DNA of 64,000 nt, from sequence record AJ697969.1; one strand, given 5' to 3'. Source of the DNA: Pseudomonas phage EL. Position 1 is the stretch's first letter. Every line of letters starts with the position of its first letter. This document shows positions 1 to 9,676 of the stretch, piece after piece. The notes under the pieces were generated by a model, which made no database searches, was not told where the DNA came from, and worked only from the letters and a program-made list of their open reading frames with translations. A program made the translations under genes and the position numbers.

Positions 1-2
1 TT

Positions 3-704
3 AAAGCCCTGCACGAACTGGAATTGATCCGTAAGACCAGTGAGGACGACCTCGCTCTGCTGAAAGAAGGGATAGGACCTGAAGCCGCTTATGCCATCAT
101 TGACCGGTACTGGTCGGGTGAACAGGCGGAAAAAATGAAGGTTCGTGTTACGGCTCAGTTCCCTAAGGACAACGGGGGTATTATCCTCAGCACGTCGTTG
201 GGTGAACAGGCTGGTTATATCCTGGCTCTGGGGGCTACCAAGGCCTTCTTTGCGGTGGCGTTCCCCAGGATCGGGGCTCGACTGGAACAGGTGTTCTCGT
301 CCATTAACCAAGCAGACCTGAATGACCCCGTCGCCCTGGAGAAGTACAACGAACTCCGTAAGGAACCAGCCCGGTTCTTTGAGTACTTTGCTAACGGGTT
401 TTTCGAAGGGAAAGAGAAGGTTGCAGACGGTGAGATTACCTGTTGGACTCAACTGCGTGATCACGCCCGTTGTGTGGATGACGGAGATTACCTCTTCCTG
501 GATGACTATGACTTCGAATTGAAGCAGGTTAAGGAGAACTTCTACCAGTATTACCTCTCACCCTCTTCGATCAAAGAGCAATCTCTGGCCGGTATCGATT
601 ACTACACCCAACAACTTGGTGTTCGGGTGCGGTTGGCTAAGTTGTTCTCGTGTTTCTTGGACGAGTTGATTGAGGGTAATCTTCCCTCTAAAGACACCGA
701 GTAA
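3..704 (+). CDS. hypothetical protein, 5'-truncated at the window edge
   Basis: The reading frame is open from nt 3 with no upstream stop and stops at 702-704. It converges on the minus-strand block and shares its terminator hairpin. Confidence 0.55.
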   Translation, partial: KALHELELIRKTSEDDLALLKEGIGPEAAYAIIDRYWSGEQAEKMKVRVTAQFPKDNGGIILSTSLGEQAGYILALGATKAFFAVAFPRIGARLEQVFSSINQADLNDPVALEKYNELRKEPARFFEYFANGFFEGKEKVADGEITCWTQLRDHARCVDDGDYLFLDDYDFELKQVKENFYQYYLSPSSIKEQSLAGIDYYTQQLGVRVRLAKLFSCFLDELIEGNLPSKDTE

Positions 705-716
705 CGTAAAGGTGCT

Positions 717-748
717 CCTACCCACTCCCTTAACGGGGAGTGGGTAGG
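717..748. terminator. bidirectional intrinsic terminator hairpin, CCTACCCACTCCC/GGGAGTGGGTAGG
   Basis: A 13-bp perfect GC-rich stem with a 6-nt loop lies between the convergent genes 3-704(+) and 759-3689(-). A near-identical copy occurs at 26536-26569. Confidence 0.6.
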
Positions 749-758
749 GGTATACGTC

Positions 759-3689
759 TTAAATGGTGGTCGTCATTCTGACGTCATGGGGTTGGAAGAT
801 GATATCAATGGCTTCCTGTATCGATACCAATCCATCGCTGGTTAAGGCGAGTCGTTTACGGATGCTGAAACCAGTGAGGTCATCCAAGTTACTGATGACA
901 TCCACGGTACTGTCGCCCGCAAACGCACTCAACTTAACACTCACCACCTCTTCACTCACATTCTCCTTTAAGGCTTCTGCAAGGTCTAAGGTACTGACTG
1001 TTGTCTTATCAAACAACGCCATATTGAGTTGGCGAGGAGTGCTCTCCTCCAAGGCGGCGCGGAGGTTGGGGTTACGGTAGCCATTTTCCGTGAGGTAGTA
1101 GGTGACCGAGAATGCCAGATCCTGCCGAAGGGTGGATTCATAGTTACTGTTGATCACCACCCGCTGATACCCCAGCTTACTCCGAGGTTGATAGAACAGG
1201 TCAGTTTGGTCAATCGCTTCCGAGCTAAAGGCCAGCATGTCTTGGTTAATACCGTTGACAAAGAAGTCCTTCGTGTATTTAGCAAATTGGATATCGTATT
1301 CGTCTTTGCTGAACTGATAGTTCGCATCGAAGGCAATGAAGTCCCAATAGTACTTCAGTTTACGGGGTTCCAACTCAACCGGAACACCATTCTCGTAAAC
1401 GATATCAATCCCCCTCCGGTACAACAACCGCATTGTACCATCCGGGTTATAGACGATGTCACCCGCCTTATGTTCGATCACTGGTTTCCCTTCACTGTCG
1501 AACACAATCTGACCATTCTCCCGTTTCACCTGGGTAGTCTCATACCGTTCCGGGACATCCGCTTCGTAGTGCTTGTACTGGGCTTCACCCACCAGGGGAC
1601 GAATCCGACTGTACAGGTTACCCAACCGACGACCGAACTCAACTTTGTAATGGGTTTCAATCACCCCCACCATCGGGATATCAAAGATGGTCTCATCAAT
1701 CTTGTCATCGATTTGAGACTGAGTCACCTCTTTATCCCCCGCCCGGGTAAAGATAAAGGTGACATCTGTGGTCAGTTCACTACCGGTCTTACTCTGCTGA
1801 CTTCCAAACTGCCAGAAGTTAGTAAAGTACAAGACGTCTGCCACATCCACATCAAACTGGGTGTTTAAGGTGAACTCCCAGACCCGTTCCTTATTGGGCA
1901 ACACTCCCACCAGTTTACCTGCTACACTGGCCAGGCTGTTACTGTCCAGTGGGTTAATGGACAGTTGGACCCCTACACTGGTATTCGGCAATTCCTTATA
2001 CGAATCCCCCGATTGAGTCACCAAGGTGATGAGATACCCGGTTTCTCGGTGTTCAATGGTGATTTGTCCTACGCCCAGTTCCAGACCCAACGCCGCGTTA
2101 TCGTCCACAAAGGTTTGATACCGAATGATCGGAGAGTCCAAATGATAGGTCCTGAGGACGGCTTGCTTGTTCGTGGTATCCAGTACGTAGTAGAAAGGGG
2201 TATAGACCAGGGTATTCTCCGCCATCATGTCCACCTGCTGTTCAGGGGTCATGTTGAAGTAGGCATCCCGAGTCAACTTGTTCACCAGAACACTGGTGGG
2301 TTTATTGATGTTGAACAACACATTGTGAGGAATAGTCACCCGTTCCCCGTTGTCCAATACCACCCCGCTAGCCACCAGGTCTTCGACTGACGCTAAATAG
2401 CTCCCGACGTAACACGCCATCGGTGCGTAGAAGCCTTTGTTATCCTGAATAGGCAATTCCTTCGTTAATGCAAAGGAACGCTTCGTCATGTAGTCAATGA
2501 CCTTAACCGAACTGTACCCGCGGTTCTCCGCCGCCCCTTTCAGGTTGTTTTCGGTAATCGGGAGGGTGCGTTGTTGGCGACCGTCGATCACCCGTTGTTT
2601 AATTTCCGTAAAGGGAATGGGATCTGTACCGCCCGAGACAATCGCATCCATCTTCCAGGCAACACCCCCCGCATTCACCAGAGGGACTGAATAGGGATCC
2701 AACTTATCAGACCCATACCGATAGTCCCGGTAGGCGGGTTTAATGTCCATCGGGGACACCGTGGTAAGGTCTTTGGTTAACGCCCCTTTGGTGGTATACG
2801 TGTAGATGTTGATAATCCCCCGGCCAATGTCATTCCCTGACGTGATGTACACATCTGGGATCTCATACGAGAACCGTTTATTCACGGTATCGATACTGAG
2901 GGCTAGGGTTACATTCAACGGATCAAAGACATCTTGGTCGTAGGACACCCGGATCTCTTTCAGTTCCCCATTCCGTTGCAACATCGCACGAACCCCATAC
3001 AGGTTGTCCGTGTACTCAATAATCCCCCGACAGCCAGAGGCTTCGTTAGACGTGAGGTTCTCCGTGGCCTTACAGCTCAATTGAGCTACGGGAATCGATA
3101 CCATCACATACCGACGGTCATCCACTTGCTTGAAGGTACGGTCCAAGAGGTTCGTGGAAATAGGAATAAAGGGGTTAGGCGAGCTGTCGTCGTAAACGAT
3201 CTTCCACCCATTCCGTTCGTTGTACTGGATCCGTATCCCATTGACGACCCAGAAGTCGTATCCGTTGACATTCAAAATGGTATCCTTGGGTACGAGGATC
3301 TCTTTATACACCACGGTGTTCTTACCGACGGTTTGACGACGGTCCACAGCAATCTTCAGGAAGTTCTCAATATCCATGGTGAGAATCATCACTGAAGTCG
3401 AGGGATTCGCAAACAACCCAAACCGCTCTTCATCCGACATGTTCATGCTCAGCTCACTGACATTCCGAGCGTGCAGCAGGAACTTACGGCTGTTGACATC
3501 CAAGAGGCGGTTAATGAAGCCATGCGACGTACCCAGGATTAAATCCATGGCCAAGACAAAGGGGTGACTCTTACTGTTGAGTTTAACGGTCCCGTTGAAC
3601 CAGTTATTCTCGATCTCATTCACAATGAGGTTAATACCCCGAATGGGGTTGTTTGCAATACGTTCCAATTCATCTTGACTAATAGCCAT
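759..3689 (-). CDS. large hypothetical protein, 976 aa, possibly virion-associated
   Basis: A 2.9 kb uninterrupted ORF. Its ATG overlaps the TAA stop of the upstream gene (TAATG). No catalytic motifs recognised. Confidence 0.7.
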   Translation of the reverse strand: MAISQDELERIANNPIRGINLIVNEIENNWFNGTVKLNSKSHPFVLAMDLILGTSHGFINRLLDVNSRKFLLHARNVSELSMNMSDEERFGLFANPSTSVMILTMDIENFLKIAVDRRQTVGKNTVVYKEILVPKDTILNVNGYDFWVVNGIRIQYNERNGWKIVYDDSSPNPFIPISTNLLDRTFKQVDDRRYVMVSIPVAQLSCKATENLTSNEASGCRGIIEYTDNLYGVRAMLQRNGELKEIRVSYDQDVFDPLNVTLALSIDTVNKRFSYEIPDVYITSGNDIGRGIINIYTYTTKGALTKDLTTVSPMDIKPAYRDYRYGSDKLDPYSVPLVNAGGVAWKMDAIVSGGTDPIPFTEIKQRVIDGRQQRTLPITENNLKGAAENRGYSSVKVIDYMTKRSFALTKELPIQDNKGFYAPMACYVGSYLASVEDLVASGVVLDNGERVTIPHNVLFNINKPTSVLVNKLTRDAYFNMTPEQQVDMMAENTLVYTPFYYVLDTTNKQAVLRTYHLDSPIIRYQTFVDDNAALGLELGVGQITIEHRETGYLITLVTQSGDSYKELPNTSVGVQLSINPLDSNSLASVAGKLVGVLPNKERVWEFTLNTQFDVDVADVLYFTNFWQFGSQQSKTGSELTTDVTFIFTRAGDKEVTQSQIDDKIDETIFDIPMVGVIETHYKVEFGRRLGNLYSRIRPLVGEAQYKHYEADVPERYETTQVKRENGQIVFDSEGKPVIEHKAGDIVYNPDGTMRLLYRRGIDIVYENGVPVELEPRKLKYYWDFIAFDANYQFSKDEYDIQFAKYTKDFFVNGINQDMLAFSSEAIDQTDLFYQPRSKLGYQRVVINSNYESTLRQDLAFSVTYYLTENGYRNPNLRAALEESTPRQLNMALFDKTTVSTLDLAEALKENVSEEVVSVKLSAFAGDSTVDVISNLDDLTGFSIRKRLALTSDGLVSIQEAIDIIFQPHDVRMTTTI

Positions 3690-4762
3690 TAGCGTTTACC
3701 CCACAATTCCAGTTCCATAGTCGCCAGATTAATCCAGGGATACGAGCCGTAACCCGACAAGTACCGTTCCCTGAACGGAAGTTTGTAGTAATACTGATTC
3801 CTGACCCGAGGGTGCAGGTTAGGGTTGACCCTCAACGTGGTACGGTTAAAGGCATCTGCAATTTGGATATTGTTAAACCGGAATCCCTGACAATCAAAGG
3901 AGATATCCAGTTCATCAAGCCCTTGACCCCTCAGACTGTTCTGAGTACGGTCAATGGTACTGTACGCCCCCGACGGGAAGGTCGTAGGCCACCCACCCCC
4001 ACAGCAGAAGATCCATTCGATATTCCGCATGTTCTTGTTCATGATGAGGTGGTAAATACGGGTGGTGTAGTCCTTATAGTTCTGGAACAACGCATTGGGG
4101 TACGGTTCCATCCCTTCATCCCCGAGGGTCACCGCTTCAATGTAGTGAACCCACACTTCGTACATATACGCCAATACGTTGTGTTTAATGCCGTGATAGG
4201 TTTGTCTCAGGGTATAGTCGTAGTTGACTTTCAAGACCCCATCGACCCACGCATACACTTCTTTACGGAACCCAGGCTCACTTTTGCCCGACGGTAACGA
4301 GAGATCAGGAAACCCTGAACTGACTTTAAGAAAGTTCGTTGCGGGTGGGATCCAAGGGTTCAAGGGATCCAGGGGAGTAATATCGTTCGCATTCGCCGCT
4401 CCCCAAACCGGATCCAGTAACCCTTTTACGTACGCGTTCAAACTGTTCCGTTGAGGACGGTACAATGAGACCAATTGAGGATGAAGGATTACATTCTCAT
4501 CCGACAGATTCAGCATGGGACGCGACATAAACGCTAATCCTATGGTGTCGTCTGGGATGGGCGCTAACTGATTGCCAGGCCCTAGAATACGAAATCCACG
4601 TAACAGGTTTGTCAAGGCGTTATCAAAACCAGGACCGCCATTCTCACGGAACGCGTAATTCCACCATTCCAGGATGGTTTCTTTCGTGACTTCTCTGCTG
4701 GGTGGCGTATTCCCAGGTGTTCTGTCCAACCAAGCGTCGTAATTATTCGGGTCTTCAGCCAT
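3689..4762 (-). CDS. hypothetical protein, 357 aa
   Basis: ORF translationally coupled to the 976-aa gene. An AAGGTAA sequence precedes the ATG at 4762. Confidence 0.65.
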   Translation of the reverse strand: MAEDPNNYDAWLDRTPGNTPPSREVTKETILEWWNYAFRENGGPGFDNALTNLLRGFRILGPGNQLAPIPDDTIGLAFMSRPMLNLSDENVILHPQLVSLYRPQRNSLNAYVKGLLDPVWGAANANDITPLDPLNPWIPPATNFLKVSSGFPDLSLPSGKSEPGFRKEVYAWVDGVLKVNYDYTLRQTYHGIKHNVLAYMYEVWVHYIEAVTLGDEGMEPYPNALFQNYKDYTTRIYHLIMNKNMRNIEWIFCCGGGWPTTFPSGAYSTIDRTQNSLRGQGLDELDISFDCQGFRFNNIQIADAFNRTTLRVNPNLHPRVRNQYYYKLPFRERYLSGYGSYPWINLATMELELWGKR

Positions 4763-4795
4763 TGTTTATTACCTTAAAGTGATCAGGGGTTTATC

Positions 4796-5890
4796 ATGAT
4801 AGGACAAGTATTGTCTCTAGGTTCCTTCTTCTTGGACATCGCCAAGCAGCTGTATCCTGAGAGCAAGGATATCGCCTCGGCGGCCCAAGTAACGGACCGG
4901 GCCAAACATTCATACAATGTGATTTCCACGAGCTCGGTACAACGTAGTGCAGCCCGCACTATTTTGAATCCGATGGTCGCCATTGAGGGGTCCCTTATCC
5001 ACCAGGAATACACCCCGGATCTCATGACGGTGGTGACCCTACGGGATATTACCGCAACACTGACTCACCTGGCGTTGCAGAATTCCGTAGAAGTGGGGGT
5101 TAAGGTGGAGAACCTAATCGGGAGCATCAGTCCCAACCGCGGTGGGATGATGAGTCTCTTCTCGGGACTGGAAGCGATGGATAACAACATCAAACCCAAA
5201 GACCCAGCTACCCCGAACCAAGTTCAGGTCAATAGCAAGACCTACAGTGAACTGATGGAGTTCACCCCCCTGGCGGTGGGTAAAGTGGTGAACGCCACGC
5301 TCTACGGAGCGAATGGTAACAAGATCGAAGTTCCCCTCACCATTCGTCAGATCCCGATTCCGGTGACCCATGAGAACCTGGTGACCCTCTTCTCTGCCGC
5401 TAAACCCGATGAAGGGTTGAAGATGCGATGGATCATGAAGAAGAGTGGTGAGATCACCACGCCTCAGTGGTTCGATGGCAGTGACATCGTTAAAGCCCGT
5501 TTTAAAGCGAAAATGGGTGATACCTCCGGGTATTACAAGGAAGCCATGAAACGGGATACCCAGAATAAACTGGAAGCGATTCGTACGGGGATCATTAGCA
5601 TGAACTCCATGGCGAACACGGTCATCATCACTCAAGATACGGCGACTCAGCTCGAACTGGAAATCGGTCGTAAGTTTGCGGACCCGGTTAGCCGTGAAAA
5701 AATCTTCGAGAGTATTTCGGCGAATACCCTCGTTATCGTGAATGATGACCGGGGTATTTTCACGTTCTACACCGATGGTCAAACCATGCCGGAAGTTTAC
5801 ACACGTCGAGACTTGTCCGTTAAGTCCAAGAAAGAAGGCTCTGCGAACACGCTACAAGATCTCGTTAAACTGCTCAACGGGGGTCTCTAA
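4796..5890 (+). CDS. hypothetical virion-module protein, 364 aa
   Basis: First gene of a 14-gene co-directional block. AGGGG precedes the ATG by 8 nt. Starts only 33 nt from the divergent gene at 4762. Confidence 0.7.
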   Translation: MIGQVLSLGSFFLDIAKQLYPESKDIASAAQVTDRAKHSYNVISTSSVQRSAARTILNPMVAIEGSLIHQEYTPDLMTVVTLRDITATLTHLALQNSVEVGVKVENLIGSISPNRGGMMSLFSGLEAMDNNIKPKDPATPNQVQVNSKTYSELMEFTPLAVGKVVNATLYGANGNKIEVPLTIRQIPIPVTHENLVTLFSAAKPDEGLKMRWIMKKSGEITTPQWFDGSDIVKARFKAKMGDTSGYYKEAMKRDTQNKLEAIRTGIISMNSMANTVIITQDTATQLELEIGRKFADPVSREKIFESISANTLVIVNDDRGIFTFYTDGQTMPEVYTRRDLSVKSKKEGSANTLQDLVKLLNGGL

Positions 5891-6774
5891 TGAATATCTT
5901 TGAATACGTGAAGGGTGTTAAGACGTTCAAGAAGAACGAACTGATAACCAAGCTCACTACCCTCACGGTGGCCAGTAACGACCTGATTTCGAACCTCGAA
6001 CGAATGGTAGCGAATAAGGTGGATTTGAGCCATGAAATCAATCAGTGGGTGATTACCAAGAGTATTGTTCGTGAACTGGACAATAACGGGTACCGGGGTG
6101 TAGGCTTGGTGGGTGCTACCCGGGGATCGTGTGAAACGATTATCAGTTTGGTCCCCGGGTTAACGAAACGGGTGAATGGGTATAAAGACGAAGTCTGGGA
6201 CGGTAAGCTCCTGACCTTGCGTCAAGTCAATATCCTGAACCTGATGGAACACGTGGAGTATTGGTTGAAATACACCAATATGGTCTACAGTGTTCTGCTG
6301 GACTTGAACAACCAGTCAGTCACCACCCCTGAGAAGGCCTTGGATAAGGCCGACTTGAAACTGGTGAATGGGACCCTGGAGTTCTACAAGTCGGTTACCT
6401 TGGACCTCCTGAAAGGGTCTCGTCGTCTCCTGGAGGGTCTGGATGATCTTCCGGATGTGGAAGTCAGTGAAACCTCGTTGGCTGTTCTGGAAGCCACTGA
6501 TCCTAAAGCCGCTCCGGATTACCTGAAGCGAGGCTTTGGGGTCCATCTGCTGAATCCGAAGTATTGGATCGGTTTGGCGAACATGAACCTGAACATTGCA
6601 CGTATCGAGAAGATGCGTCGGGACAACGAACTCTTCGCCATGAAGATCTCGAAAGCTGTGAACATGAAGAACGGTGTCAACGACGCCGAAATCGATCGTC
6701 AGATCGAGGTGCTTCAGGACGAGATCATCAAGAACGTTAACACCATTGAAACCATCGAGAGACGCTATGAATAG
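5890..6774 (+). CDS. hypothetical protein, 294 aa
   Basis: TAATG overlap with the upstream gene, in an operon context. Confidence 0.7.
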   Translation: MNIFEYVKGVKTFKKNELITKLTTLTVASNDLISNLERMVANKVDLSHEINQWVITKSIVRELDNNGYRGVGLVGATRGSCETIISLVPGLTKRVNGYKDEVWDGKLLTLRQVNILNLMEHVEYWLKYTNMVYSVLLDLNNQSVTTPEKALDKADLKLVNGTLEFYKSVTLDLLKGSRRLLEGLDDLPDVEVSETSLAVLEATDPKAAPDYLKRGFGVHLLNPKYWIGLANMNLNIARIEKMRRDNELFAMKISKAVNMKNGVNDAEIDRQIEVLQDEIIKNVNTIETIERRYE

Positions 6775-7279
6775 TTTTCGTCGCTCCCCCAATGGGTTTG
6801 TGAACGCAAAGCTGACGGATGCGGAGATGACAGAGGCCTTTACCAACCTCAATCTCCTCCGGAAGGATGCGTACAGTGATTTCGAATTGGTCATCAAAGG
6901 TCATGTGGCCATTGAAACCATTCGGGATGTCAGTCGGCTGGTGGGTCCCAGTTTCCGTCAGTTTATGGAAGCCAACTACGACAGTGGCCGTGGACCTATT
7001 GCAGGGTTGATCAAAGACATTGTTCATTACCTCAATGGGCGTATGGGTCACCACTCGCTGATTACGTCGCTCCGTATTGAAGAGCGTAAACTCCTGAGTG
7101 CGTCGAAAGTGCGTAAAGCGACCTACCGTCAAACCCAAACCACGGGCAGTCCGCTTCCGCTCCTGGAAGACGACTACATCGTCCACGACTACGATCTCTA
7201 TCGCCTAATGTCCGGTATCAGTCCTTCCAATGTAGGGCGGACCTTGTTGCTACTGGGCGGTGAGAATTACTACAGCTGA
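6767..7279 (+). CDS. hypothetical protein, 170 aa
   Basis: Start moved to the ATG at 6767 (MNSFRR...), which overlaps the upstream stop and is preceded by GAGAGA. The longer ORF-track start at 6674 would overlap the previous gene by 100 nt. Confidence 0.6.
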   Translation: MNSFRRSPNGFVNAKLTDAEMTEAFTNLNLLRKDAYSDFELVIKGHVAIETIRDVSRLVGPSFRQFMEANYDSGRGPIAGLIKDIVHYLNGRMGHHSLITSLRIEERKLLSASKVRKATYRQTQTTGSPLPLLEDDYIVHDYDLYRLMSGISPSNVGRTLLLLGGENYYS

Positions 7280-7301
7280 CCCTTAGGTGGAGAAGAGTGC
7301 A

Positions 7302-8597
7302 ATGAATGATGATGAAAAGACGTTGGCTGCTGAAATGGCTGCGGTCAGTGCAGTCAAATCCCAGGAGATCGTGGAAGCCGCCCGTTCCACGGCGGAACTG
7401 TCGGAGTACCAGAACAGCCTCGATGATCTGTTCGATCGCGTGATTGAAGTCCAACGCACGTTGAACACTCTGGAAGCCCACGAGGTGACACCGGAGTTGG
7501 CTGAACAGCTCGATAAAGAACTGATTGCGGCAGAAGCCCTCCCAGAGGCCGTAGAAGGGGCGGAAGCCTTGGGGTTTACCCTTCTCCCTAAGGCATACCT
7601 TGCGACGCGTCTAGCGGGCTGTGAGAGCTTCCTGAGCGACTTCTTTAAGAGCTCCCGGGAAGTAGTCAGTTTGATTGGAACCTTCTTCCGGGATTCGTAC
7701 GTTCTCTTTATGGAATCCCAGGAGAGTCTGAGTAAGCAGATTGACCTGCTGGAAACCCGGTTGTCCTCTGTCGAGAAGTTTGGCAGTCAAGGTACCTTTA
7801 TCCTGGGTCACCGTCTCTTTAACCGGTTTAAGATCAACGGTAAAGTGGATGAGAACTGGTCCGGTAACCTGACCAAGCTCAACCAAACCCTGTCGGGTCT
7901 GAGTAATAACTATTACCTCAACAGCAAGAATGCGTTGGCGGCATCATTCAGTTACTTCGGTGGGTTTGCAGGTCTGACCCAAGTGGAAGTGGATGAACGC
8001 CTCTGCATGATGCCGGTGAGTCTACCATCAACGCCGTTTAAGGAATGTACTTATCCGGATAAACGCCGTTCGGGACCTAACGTGGTGGCTAAACGGTCGG
8101 TCGAGCTGATGGGTGGTGCGTACTTCTACGATGTTCGCAGTACCGTTAAACCGGTGATCCTGAAGAACCCTGACGACATTCAAGACTTTGTGATCCGTTA
8201 CACTGAAATTGATCACACCGGTTTCGATAACAACGAAGAGTATACCCTTCGGGATGTTGGGGCTGAAGTGAAGGCGTTGTCGAGTGAAGACATTAAGACT
8301 GTCATCAAACTCCTGCGTCAGCTCTTGAAAGACTGGGGTAAGGTCTTTGAAATGGCGGAGACCTACCGCGTAACGGATTCGGATTACAACGACATCATTA
8401 AAGGTTTCCTGGAAGCCGATATCAGTGATGAGGCGAAGACGGTGTTGTCGAAGACGTTCGCTAAAGTCGTTCGTAAGAACCAAACCGAGCTCTTGGGTAT
8501 TCGCGCTGAGGTCTCGAACTACCTCACTCTGATTGTCAACGGGATGGTGTCTATCTGTAACGATTCCATTGGGCTTTACGAAGAAAGCCTGGACTAA
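7302..8597 (+). CDS. hypothetical protein, 431 aa
   Basis: ATG at 7302 preceded by GGAGAAGAG. The track start at 7287 is a GTG. Confidence 0.65.
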   Translation: MNDDEKTLAAEMAAVSAVKSQEIVEAARSTAELSEYQNSLDDLFDRVIEVQRTLNTLEAHEVTPELAEQLDKELIAAEALPEAVEGAEALGFTLLPKAYLATRLAGCESFLSDFFKSSREVVSLIGTFFRDSYVLFMESQESLSKQIDLLETRLSSVEKFGSQGTFILGHRLFNRFKINGKVDENWSGNLTKLNQTLSGLSNNYYLNSKNALAASFSYFGGFAGLTQVEVDERLCMMPVSLPSTPFKECTYPDKRRSGPNVVAKRSVELMGGAYFYDVRSTVKPVILKNPDDIQDFVIRYTEIDHTGFDNNEEYTLRDVGAEVKALSSEDIKTVIKLLRQLLKDWGKVFEMAETYRVTDSDYNDIIKGFLEADISDEAKTVLSKTFAKVVRKNQTELLGIRAEVSNYLTLIVNGMVSICNDSIGLYEESLD

Positions 8598-8610
8598 GCG
8601 GGGTGAGGGT

Positions 8611-9624
8611 ATGAGCGCGGGTTATAAAAGCCAATACGTTGATGCCCTCGAACAACACCAGGACCTGATGCAGGCTCACTCAGAACTCCTTGAGTTGGGC
8701 AGTATCATGGGAATGGATGATGTCGAGGGCAGTGAGGCGTTGAAAGAAGCCGCCATGGACAGTTTGTCTTCGGTAGGTCGGGGTTTGTTCAGTGTGAGTA
8801 AATGGGTCGGGGGTAAAGCGATTGATGGCTTTATTCGTGGTATGACGACCGCAGGTAATCAACTGAACAAGAGTTTCAATGACAACCAAGGACTTATTAA
8901 AAATGTCCTTAAAGACGCTGGTAAGGTGGCTGACAAAGATATTCAGGTTACTGGCAAGAAGATTGGACTGATTACCGCGACCGGTAATCCTGACCGTATT
9001 CTCCACGACATGGAACTCCTGGTTAAGGACCTCGAAGTCGTTGAACAGCACGCCAAAGACCTGATGGGGTTCTTGGACCGTGAATTGGTGACCTTGAGGC
9101 AGTTGAAATCGGCTAAGAAGTCCGAAGACATTCACAAGGTCATTGACGCGTTCAACGGGTTGGAATACCCGGTTATGAAGTTCGCTGACCGGTTGGATAA
9201 GGCGTATAAGTCTGAGGTGCTACCGGGTGGTCGTTTCTTCCTCTTCAAACAGGAAGAAGACGATAAACCTGCGGTGTATTCCATTGGGGGTGAACCGCAT
9301 GAAGGGGAAGGGGTGACCCTGAACCTGTCTAAAACCGAGGTCACTGACATTCTGAATAAACTCGGGAAGGTCAATGCGTTGCACTTGCGGGTTAAGGCAT
9401 CGTATGAGAGTTATCTCGGATTCATCAAATCTTGGGCAGAAATGGTCAAAGGTGTTGATGGTAACTTGAGTCAATTGGATCAAGTGAGTAAGACGGTAAT
9501 AGGCGAAGCTGAGAAGCTAATGGCCGGGAACATGGGGGCTCTCGCATTTTATAGCGGATTCACTCCTCGTGTGGTCGGTTATACCGATAAGTACATTCAT
9601 GGTGTACTTGGGGTATTCGCTTGA
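8611..9624 (+). CDS. hypothetical protein, 337 aa
   Basis: ATG at 8611 preceded by GGGTGAGGGT. Predicted coiled-coil content. Confidence 0.65.
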   Translation: MSAGYKSQYVDALEQHQDLMQAHSELLELGSIMGMDDVEGSEALKEAAMDSLSSVGRGLFSVSKWVGGKAIDGFIRGMTTAGNQLNKSFNDNQGLIKNVLKDAGKVADKDIQVTGKKIGLITATGNPDRILHDMELLVKDLEVVEQHAKDLMGFLDRELVTLRQLKSAKKSEDIHKVIDAFNGLEYPVMKFADRLDKAYKSEVLPGGRFFLFKQEEDDKPAVYSIGGEPHEGEGVTLNLSKTEVTDILNKLGKVNALHLRVKASYESYLGFIKSWAEMVKGVDGNLSQLDQVSKTVIGEAEKLMAGNMGALAFYSGFTPRVVGYTDKYIHGVLGVFA

Positions 9625-9676
9625 TTTGTTTATAAACAATCATTCCATTTCGTTAACGAAACAAAGGAAACAACTC

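Noticed and set aside
1029-2390. Plus-strand ORFs of 279 and 141 aa nested inside the 976-aa minus-strand gene
   Set aside because: Fully contained in a long, well-supported gene on the opposite strand. They have no independent signals.
3689-4762. CCGGGW / GGGxG motifs checked as possible tubulin (PhuZ) GGGTGSG signatures
   Set aside because: The context WIFCCGGGWPTT does not match the tubulin T4 loop. No other tubulin, chimallin or RNAP (NADFDGD) motifs were found in the window.
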